Shown here: positions 1-6,297 of the stretch, one piece after another | Layout: each line of letters starts with the position of its first letter | How positions within the stretch are numbered: the first letter of the stretch is position 1 | Assembly: GCA_049971295.1 (NCBI GenBank) | Contig: JBMFLH010000056.1 | Span: 1 to 12,744 of the forward strand | Origin: Candidatus Ratteibacteria bacterium | GTDB lineage: Bacteria > Ratteibacteria > UBA8468 > B48-G9 > DTJG01 | Reading direction: 5' to 3' | DNA: 12,744 bases | Position numbers and translations under genes: made by a program | Notes under the pieces: model-generated | Told to the model about the DNA's origin: nothing | Seen by the model: only the letters and a program-made list of their open reading frames with translations | Database searches by the model: none

Positions 1-53
1 TTTATCATAGCCACATTATAGCACTTCTTAGTGGCTATTTTCAAACATAACCC
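1..53 (-). mobile_element. End of a putative insertion sequence (probable IRL, 26-bp terminal inverted repeat at 28-53); element extends beyond the left window edge
   Basis: Reverse complement of 28-53 is GGGTTATGTT-TGAAAA-TAGCCACTAA. It matches 12694-12719 (GGGTTATGTT-CTATTT-TAGCCACTAA) at 21/26 positions. It overlaps a promoter pointing into the element, with an ATG at 8-6. The transposase itself is not in the window, so the family is unassigned. Confidence 0.7.
15..44 (-). promoter_or_regulatory. Sigma70-type promoter inside the IS end (putative transposase promoter)
   Basis: Minus strand: TTGAAA (44-39), N18, TATAAT (20-15), with extended -10 TG (TGCTATAAT, 23-15). ATG at 8-6 lies 6 nt downstream of the -10. 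Confidence 0.6.
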
Positions 54-60
54 TTCTTAA

Positions 61-88
61 ATTATACAGCAGTGCAAAATTATTTCAA
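61..88 (-). promoter_or_regulatory. Sigma70-type host promoter downstream of the hydrolase gene, pointing into the IS end
   Basis: Minus strand: TTGAAA (88-83), N16, TATAAT (66-61). Predicted start site near 54, at the IS junction. Confidence 0.5.
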
Positions 89-100
89 TATCAGTTCTTT

Positions 101-1756
101 TTAGCCAGTGACGGGAAGCAGGATATGTGATGGTTTTAAAGAATCGTGAAAAATCGTCTGTTTCGCAATCCGAAATTCTGTATCAAATGCAGGATCGTTT
201 CCTGTATTGTGATTTCTATCCCACAGAGGAAAATTGCTGCTGGTAATATAAATTTTTATTCTATGACCCTTTTTGAACAAGTTCGACGTTACAGCCATTT
301 CTATCTTAAATTCATATATCCTGCCTGGTACCATCAGTTGTGGGCTGCCCCAGACATCATCTCTGAACCTTGCCCTGATAATTCCTTCGGAAAGGTTTAT
401 TGATTTTCCATCAGGATACTCATCTGCCAGTTTTACAACAAAGTCAGTATCACGTGCACTGGATGATGCAAAAAGGGTAAACACCACTGGACCAGTGATT
501 TCCATGTCATGTTCAAGAGCATCTGATACGTAAACAAGTACGTCTTTTCTTGTTTCAAGAATACGCTGGTCATATGGACCAGGTTTAGCAATCTCATAAA
601 GACCTGGATTATATGTTCCTATGGAATGATTTCCGCCTATTGTTGGCACAGGATGGTTTGGGTCAAACTCATATGTATCAGGCATCTCTGTTGAAAAGGG
701 TGGTTTTATAGAAAGGCGGCGATTTTCCCTGATGTACCATTTGACATATTGAACGCGACCCGGGGGCCATTGGTATTCGTCCTGCCACTGATTTTTTCCC
801 ATCACGAAAATTCTGATCGGTGCTTTCTGAAACTCATCCGGGTTTTTTCCATTCAAAATGCAATCAAGCCATCTGCACCAGGCGTTATTCTCTTTTAAAG
901 CATCAGCACCAAAGTCAATTTCACCAAGAACCGTGAAAGGATTGATGCCATGTGTCCATGGTCCAACGATAATTCTGTGGCTATTTCTTATCTGCTCTGA
1001 TTTGCTGTGTTTTCTCAATTGATTGAAAATATTAAACATTTCATTTCCATAATAATCGTACCATCCAGCCATCAAAAGCATAGGAATCTGAAATTTTTCA
1101 TAATGCGATTGAAGGGAAAATTGTTTCCAGAAATCACTGTAGACATTATGTATAACAAAATCTCTATATGATTGGACAATTCCTGCGCCACTTTTTTCAT
1201 CAAGTTCGATCACCGATGTAGACATGAGTAGTTTTTTTACGTCGAAACAGGGCATAATCTGTGCTTCTGATGTTTTGCTATTGGTTTCAAAACACAACCA
1301 GCTCCATGTTAGTCCCAGAGAAAAAGCGCCATTACAATAATATGCCTGTTTCCAGCAATCGCCAGCCATAAACTGGGTACAGAGTGTTGTCAAATTTTTG
1401 GTCCCTGAAATAACTGAGTAGAACTGGGTTGCAGCAAGATATGAAGCGCCATACATACCAATGTTTCCATTGCACCAGGGTTGTTTCACAAGCCATTCAA
1501 GAGTGTCATAGCCATCGTTTGCTTCATTGATAAATGGATAAAAATCTCCTTCTGACGCATATCTTCCCCTGCAGTCCTGAATCACCACAGCGACTCCATG
1601 CGAAAGCAAATCTGCTGGCGGTAAAAAATTTCTGTTATATGCTGTCCTTATCAATACAACCGGATGTGGTTCAGGACATTCAGGAAGAAAGACATTTGTT
1701 GCAAGGTTTATTCCGTCCCTCATTTTCACAGATACATTTCTAAAAATTTTTGCCAT
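101..1756 (-). CDS. CocE/NonD family serine hydrolase (alpha/beta hydrolase, peptidase S15-like, with C-terminal PepX_C-type jelly-roll domain)
   Basis: 551-aa ORF with family motifs MRDGINL, RTAY, QDCRGRYASEG, nucleophile motif GMYGASYLA (Ser105), GWYD, IVGPWTHG and C-terminal SSNFPLWDRNHNTG. GGAG ribosome-binding site upstream. No signal peptide evident. Confidence 0.93.
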   Translation of the reverse strand: MAKIFRNVSVKMRDGINLATNVFLPECPEPHPVVLIRTAYNRNFLPPADLLSHGVAVVIQDCRGRYASEGDFYPFINEANDGYDTLEWLVKQPWCNGNIGMYGASYLAATQFYSVISGTKNLTTLCTQFMAGDCWKQAYYCNGAFSLGLTWSWLCFETNSKTSEAQIMPCFDVKKLLMSTSVIELDEKSGAGIVQSYRDFVIHNVYSDFWKQFSLQSHYEKFQIPMLLMAGWYDYYGNEMFNIFNQLRKHSKSEQIRNSHRIIVGPWTHGINPFTVLGEIDFGADALKENNAWCRWLDCILNGKNPDEFQKAPIRIFVMGKNQWQDEYQWPPGRVQYVKWYIRENRRLSIKPPFSTEMPDTYEFDPNHPVPTIGGNHSIGTYNPGLYEIAKPGPYDQRILETRKDVLVYVSDALEHDMEITGPVVFTLFASSSARDTDFVVKLADEYPDGKSINLSEGIIRARFRDDVWGSPQLMVPGRIYEFKIEMAVTSNLFKKGHRIKIYITSSNFPLWDRNHNTGNDPAFDTEFRIAKQTIFHDSLKPSHILLPVTG

Positions 1757-1782
1757 GGGTTCTCCAGGTTAATAGATAATTT

Positions 1783-1797
1783 TGATATATAATATCA
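1783..1797. promoter_or_regulatory. Overlapping divergent -10 elements within the palindrome TGATAT-ATA-ATATCA
   Basis: Plus strand TATAAT at 1788-1793 (towards araC). Minus strand TG-A-TATTAT extended -10 at 1797-1789 (towards cocE). Only 43 bp separate the two start codons (1757-1799). Confidence 0.5.
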
Positions 1798-1799
1798 CC

Positions 1800-2669
1800 A
1801 TGGTTCAAAAGATAAAGCACCTTCAGAAAATTTTCCAGAAAGATCAGTTTCCTGTTCGCATTGTTCATACGAAAACAAATGCCTTTACAGGGGCCATCTC
1901 TATTTCTCATTATCATGCAATGGAACTTGAATTACAGTTTATAAAGAGGGCAACAGGATTCTATTTCATTAAAGATACAAGATACTATGTTAAACCATTT
2001 TCTGTATTGATTATTCACAGGTATGAAGTCCATCACTTTTTTTCTGAAGAAAAAAATCCGTTCATTGATAAAATTTCTGTGATGCTATCTCCAAAAATTT
2101 TTGAACAATTGCAGATATCAGAGAACATTGCATCAATGGTTGAATGTAAACCAGGCTTTCCTCATCAGATTTTGTTGAACGGAAAAGAATTTTCTAAAAT
2201 TGAATTTTTGTTGAATCAGGCAAAAGAAGAAATGGAACAAAAATATTTTCTCTGGCAACCGATTGTGTTAACATCACTTGAACAGGTCATTGTTTTTCTT
2301 CTGAGGAGAATGAAAGAGTGTGATTCACAAATCATATCCAGAAGTGAAATGCACAACGTTGTTGCTGCCGCAATTTCTTATATGGAAAAAAATTTCTTCC
2401 TGCCTATCACGCTTGAACAGGTCAGCAGTTTTCTTAATGTGTCACAGTTTCATTTAAGCCATCTTTTTACCAAATATACCGGAATATCATTCAAAACATA
2501 TCTGATCAGGAGAAGAATCGAAGAAGCAAAGAAATTATTAAAGGAAACCGACCTGAAAGTGTCATCAATCGCCCACAAAGCAGGTTTTGCCGACGGGAAC
2601 TCATTCATGAAAAGTTTTAAAAAAATTACTGGCATCAGTCCATCATCTTTTCGCAAGATTTTCCAGTAA
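1800..2669 (+). CDS. AraC/XylS family transcriptional regulator (N-terminal cupin-type ligand domain, C-terminal double HTH)
   Basis: Cupin motifs SHYHAMELELQFI and IHRYEVHHF. C-terminal ITLEQVS..LNVSQFHLSHLFTKYTG and RIEEAKKLL...IAHKAGF.D...F...FKKITGISPSSFR. Start moved from TTG 1782 to ATG 1800 because the TTG overlaps the promoter region. Confidence 0.93.
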   Translation: MVQKIKHLQKIFQKDQFPVRIVHTKTNAFTGAISISHYHAMELELQFIKRATGFYFIKDTRYYVKPFSVLIIHRYEVHHFFSEEKNPFIDKISVMLSPKIFEQLQISENIASMVECKPGFPHQILLNGKEFSKIEFLLNQAKEEMEQKYFLWQPIVLTSLEQVIVFLLRRMKECDSQIISRSEMHNVVAAAISYMEKNFFLPITLEQVSSFLNVSQFHLSHLFTKYTGISFKTYLIRRRIEEAKKLLKETDLKVSSIAHKAGFADGNSFMKSFKKITGISPSSFRKIFQ

Positions 2670-2685
2670 GTCAGCAAAAAAAACC

Positions 2686-2714
2686 TTGAACAGCAGGTAA
2701 AAATGACATATGAT
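2686..2714 (+). promoter_or_regulatory. Putative sigma70 promoter of the aminotransferase operon
   Basis: TTGAAC (2686-2691), N17, TATGAT (2709-2714), about 90 bp upstream of ATG 2803, which has an AGAGGGGGA ribosome-binding site. Confidence 0.5.
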
Positions 2715-2736
2715 AATTAAGAGAAACGACATAACA

Positions 2737-2770
2737 CCACTCGTCTCATTTCTCTCCCGGTGGGAGAGGG
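2737..2770 (+). repeat. GC-rich hairpin resembling BoxC/REP-like palindromes (pyrimidine-rich run then CTCTCCC-NNN-GGGAGAGGG)
   Basis: Perfect 7-bp stem CTCTCCC (2752-2758) / GGGAGAG (2762-2768) with a GGT loop. No 3' U-tract on either strand. Single copy in the window. Confidence 0.45.
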
Positions 2771-2802
2771 TAAAAAATAAAGAGTAAAAAAGAGGGGGAT
2801 TT

Positions 2803-4119
2803 ATGAGTAAACTTGCAATATTAGGGGGACAGCCAGAAGTGAAAGATACTTCAGGCGACATTTTTTTGCGCAACATTACAAAAGAAATGGAAGAAGCGGT
2901 CTTGAAGGTTCTTCGTGAATGGAAAATGTCTTCTACAGATATTACCAGAGAATTTGAAAGAGCATTTGCGGACTGGCATGGAATGAAATATGGCCTTGGT
3001 TGCAACACAGGAACTGCAGCTCTTCATTGCGCAATGTATGGAGCGGGAATTGGCGTGGGAGATGAAATAATCTGCCAGAGCACAACATATTGGGCAAGCT
3101 GTCTACCTGCATTTTCGCTTGGAGCCACAGTTGTGTTTGCAGATATTGATCCTGAAACCCTGTGTATTGATCCAGATGACATTGAACACAGGATTTCACC
3201 AAGAACAAAGGCAATCATGGTTGTTCATTATGTAGGCATGCCTGCAGATATGGACAGAATTATTCCCATTGCAAAAAAACACAATCTCAAAATCATAGAA
3301 GATGTTTCTCATGCTCATGGTGCCCTTTACAAAGGAAAAATGGTTGGTACATTTGGTGATGTTTCCGGATATTCCCTGATGAGTGGAAAGGCGTTCGCTA
3401 TCGGTGAAGCAGGAATTATGCTGACAGACGACAGAGATATTTATGACAGGGCAATTCTTTTTGGTCATTATGAACGACATAGTGAAATTCAGAATTCTGA
3501 ACTGGCAAAATTTGCAGGGCTTCCCTGGGGCGGATATAAATACAGGATGCATCAAATGTCATCAGCAATTGGCCTTGTTCAGGTCAAACAATTTCAAAAA
3601 GATATGTTGGAAATCGATAGGGCAATGAATTATTTCTGGGACCTTCTTGAGGGATATCCTGGAATAAGAGCGCACAGACCTCCAAAAAATTCTAACTGCA
3701 CAAAAGGTGGTTGGTACTATGCGCTGGGAAGATACGTCAGCGAAGAACTTGAAGGTCTTTCCATTACACGGTTCTGTGAGGCACTGAGAGCAGAAGGCGT
3801 GGGATGGGCACATCCTGGTGCCAATAAACCACTTCATCTTCATCCACTTTTTTATAATGTGGATGTTTATGGTCATGGAAAACCTACAAGAATTGTGTTT
3901 TCTGACAGGGATGTAAGAGAGAAAATTGGTAGTCTTCCAAATGCTGAAGCAATGGCAAAAAGGGTCTTTACTGTACCATGGTTCAAACATTACTGGCCTG
4001 AAAGAATTCAGGAATATGCGAATGCTTTCAAAAAGGTGATAGAAAACTATAAGGAACTTCTTCCTGGCGATAAGGGAGACCCAGAACAACTGGGTGGCTG
4101 GTACTTAAGCAGAAGATAA
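2803..4119 (+). CDS. DegT/DnrJ/EryC1/StrS family PLP-dependent sugar aminotransferase
   Basis: 438 aa. NTGTAALH, GDEII, VFADIDPETL, IEDVSHAHGA, and Schiff-base lysine motif YSLMSGK(196)AFAIGEAG, followed by GYKYRM. Strong RBS. Confidence 0.93.
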   Translation: MSKLAILGGQPEVKDTSGDIFLRNITKEMEEAVLKVLREWKMSSTDITREFERAFADWHGMKYGLGCNTGTAALHCAMYGAGIGVGDEIICQSTTYWASCLPAFSLGATVVFADIDPETLCIDPDDIEHRISPRTKAIMVVHYVGMPADMDRIIPIAKKHNLKIIEDVSHAHGALYKGKMVGTFGDVSGYSLMSGKAFAIGEAGIMLTDDRDIYDRAILFGHYERHSEIQNSELAKFAGLPWGGYKYRMHQMSSAIGLVQVKQFQKDMLEIDRAMNYFWDLLEGYPGIRAHRPPKNSNCTKGGWYYALGRYVSEELEGLSITRFCEALRAEGVGWAHPGANKPLHLHPLFYNVDVYGHGKPTRIVFSDRDVREKIGSLPNAEAMAKRVFTVPWFKHYWPERIQEYANAFKKVIENYKELLPGDKGDPEQLGGWYLSRR

Positions 4120-4130
4120 AAGGGGGGAAT

Positions 4131-5372
4131 ATGGACAAGCTTGCAATTGATGGCGGTAGTCCAGTAAGAAAAAATCCAATGCCTGCAAGGGTGATGTTTG
4201 ATGAAAAAGAAAAGAGTGCCGTGTTAAGAATTATCGAAAAAACAATGACAGGCAATCAAGCGCTTGACAGGTATGGTGGAATTGAAGTTGACCAGTACGA
4301 AAAGGAATTTGCACAAAAATTTGGAATGAAATTTGCGACAGCAGTCAGCTCTGGCACAGCAGCGATTCATACCGCGTTAGCAAGTTTGAAACTTGAGCCG
4401 GCGAGCGAAGTGATCACAAGTCCCATTACTGATCCTGGTGCTGTGATGCCGATAGTTTTTCAGCAGTGTATCCCTGTATTCTGTGATGTGAATTACGACA
4501 CCTTAAACCCGTCTCCAGAATCAATAAAACAACTCATTACAGAAAAAACAGGCGCAATCATAGTAGTCCATCTTGCGGGTTTTCCTGCAAAAATATATGA
4601 AATATGCGCAATTGCGAAAAAACACAAAATTCCTGTCATTGAAGATTGTGCTCAGGCTCATGGCGCAAAATATAAAAACAGATATGTTGGAAGTTTTGGC
4701 ACTCTTTCAGCATTCAGCTTGATGAGTGGGAAGCACACAACAAGTGGCGGTCAGGGTGGAATGGTTCTCACCGATCATGAAGATTTATACTGGGACGCAA
4801 AAAGATTTGCTGACAGGGGCAAGCCCTTTAATAGCGCAGAAAGTACCAATCTTTTTGCTGGTTTGAACTATAGAATGACTGAACTTGAAGCAGCCATTGG
4901 AAGAGCTCAATTGAAAAAGATGGACCGCATTGCGGAAAAAAGGAGAGCCATCTACGAAAAGTTGAAGGAGGAATTTAAAAAAGAACTGGTTGCATTCAGA
5001 ATCCCTGAGGCAGAACCAGATTCAGAACCAAATCCTTGGTTTTTATTCGTGCATGTTGACAGGGGAAAATTGAAAGCAGACAATGAACTTCTTGCAAAGG
5101 CAATTTGTGCAGAAGGAATTCCAGTTGGACAGAAATATGTGATACCCATGTATCAGGCAAGATGGATTGTTGATAAAAATACATTCGGCTCGTCCGGTCT
5201 TCCATGGTCGCTACCACAGGCAAGAAAAATAAATTATGAACATTGCTGTCCGGTGGCAGAGAAAACTCTTGAAGACCATATGACACTACCGATTCACGAA
5301 TATTATCAAGACAGGGAAATATATGATATCATAGAAGCATTCAAAAAGGTTGAGAAACATTTTTTAAAATGA
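4131..5372 (+). CDS. Second DegT/DnrJ/EryC1/StrS family PLP-dependent aminotransferase
   Basis: 413 aa. SSGTAAIH, IEDCAQAHGA, FSLMSGK(201)HTTSGGQGG, GLNYRMTELEAAIG, TLPIH. RBS AAGGGGGA; 11 bp after the previous gene. Confidence 0.93.
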   Translation: MDKLAIDGGSPVRKNPMPARVMFDEKEKSAVLRIIEKTMTGNQALDRYGGIEVDQYEKEFAQKFGMKFATAVSSGTAAIHTALASLKLEPASEVITSPITDPGAVMPIVFQQCIPVFCDVNYDTLNPSPESIKQLITEKTGAIIVVHLAGFPAKIYEICAIAKKHKIPVIEDCAQAHGAKYKNRYVGSFGTLSAFSLMSGKHTTSGGQGGMVLTDHEDLYWDAKRFADRGKPFNSAESTNLFAGLNYRMTELEAAIGRAQLKKMDRIAEKRRAIYEKLKEEFKKELVAFRIPEAEPDSEPNPWFLFVHVDRGKLKADNELLAKAICAEGIPVGQKYVIPMYQARWIVDKNTFGSSGLPWSLPQARKINYEHCCPVAEKTLEDHMTLPIHEYYQDREIYDIIEAFKKVEKHFLK

Positions 5373-5381
5373 GGAGCGAAA

Positions 5382-6296
5382 ATGGAAGAAATAAAAATCG
5401 GCATTATCGGTTTTGATACATCGCATGTACCGGCATTCACAAAGGTGATTAACGACACTTCAGACCCATTTCATGTACCCGGCGGAAAGGTGGTTGCTGG
5501 AGTCCCAACATTCAGCAAGGACTTTGATTTAAGCTACAACAGGGTTGAGAACTTTAAGAAGGAACTTGTTGAAAAATATCATGTGAAAATTTTTGAAACC
5601 ATAGAAGAAATGCTTGAGGTCATTGATGCGGTATTGCTTGAAAGTGTTGACGGAAGAAGACATCTGAGAGAAGCAGAACCAGTATTGAAATCAGGCAAAC
5701 CTGTATTTATAGATAAACCATTCACCACATCTTACAGAGACGCAGTAAAAATTGTGCAACTGGCAGAACAATATTCATGTCCTGTATTTTCATGTTCTTC
5801 ACTCAGGTTTGATGCCAATATATCTGCAGTGAGAAACGATAGTGAACTTGGTAGAATTTTGGGCTGCGATAGTTTTTCTCCTGAAGGCAGGGTGAGCGCA
5901 ATGCCTGGATTTTTCTGGTATGGAATACATGGGATTGAGATTCTTTTTTCAATGATGAAAACTGGATGTAAATCTGTAGAAGTAATTAATTCAGAATCTG
6001 CTGACATTGCAGTGGGCCTGTGGGAAGACGGCAGGATAGGCGTCTACAGGGGAATCAAGCAGGGAGAATCTTCATACGGAATGACTGTATTCGGCGAAAA
6101 GAAAATCAGACACACCACATATAATCCCGATATTCCCATGTACTCTATGCTGATAAAAGAAATCATGAAATTTTTCCAGACAAAAATTCCACCGTTCCCA
6201 ATACAGGAAACGATTGAAATAGTAGCATTTATGGAAGCATCTTTAATGAGTGAAAAAGAAAAAAGGCCGGTGCTGCTGAAAGAAGTGGCAAAATAA
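5382..6296 (+). CDS. Gfo/Idh/MocA family NAD(P)-dependent oxidoreductase
   Basis: 304 aa. N-terminal Rossmann strand IKIGIIGFDTSH, DAVLLESVDGRRH, GKPVFIDKP (EKP-motif variant), FSCSSLRF, WYGIHGIE. RBS GAGGAG. Confidence 0.88.
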   Translation: MEEIKIGIIGFDTSHVPAFTKVINDTSDPFHVPGGKVVAGVPTFSKDFDLSYNRVENFKKELVEKYHVKIFETIEEMLEVIDAVLLESVDGRRHLREAEPVLKSGKPVFIDKPFTTSYRDAVKIVQLAEQYSCPVFSCSSLRFDANISAVRNDSELGRILGCDSFSPEGRVSAMPGFFWYGIHGIEILFSMMKTGCKSVEVINSESADIAVGLWEDGRIGVYRGIKQGESSYGMTVFGEKKIRHTTYNPDIPMYSMLIKEIMKFFQTKIPPFPIQETIEIVAFMEASLMSEKEKRPVLLKEVAK

Positions 6297-6297
6297 A

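Noticed and set aside
28..48. Six-codon mini-ORFs in both IS repeats (MFENSH* at 48-28 minus; MFYFSH* at 12699-12719 plus)
   Set aside because: A direct consequence of the conserved repeat blocks; no independent evidence of translation.
54..63. Target-site duplication between the two inner IS junctions
   Set aside because: TTCTTAAATT (54-63) and AATAGAGAAA (12684-12693) are not direct repeats; none is expected if the ends belong to different copies.
1782..1799. TTG start for the AraC gene
   Set aside because: No RBS; overlaps the -10 palindrome. ATG 1800 fits the TATAAT-N6-start pattern seen twice elsewhere.
2752..2781. Hairpin as an intrinsic terminator
   Set aside because: No U-tract follows the stem on either strand.
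3562..4089. 175-aa minus-strand ORF, plus the other short alternative-frame/antisense ORFs in the track
   Set aside because: They lie largely or wholly within well-supported genes, have no recognisable motifs, and show composition typical of shadow frames.
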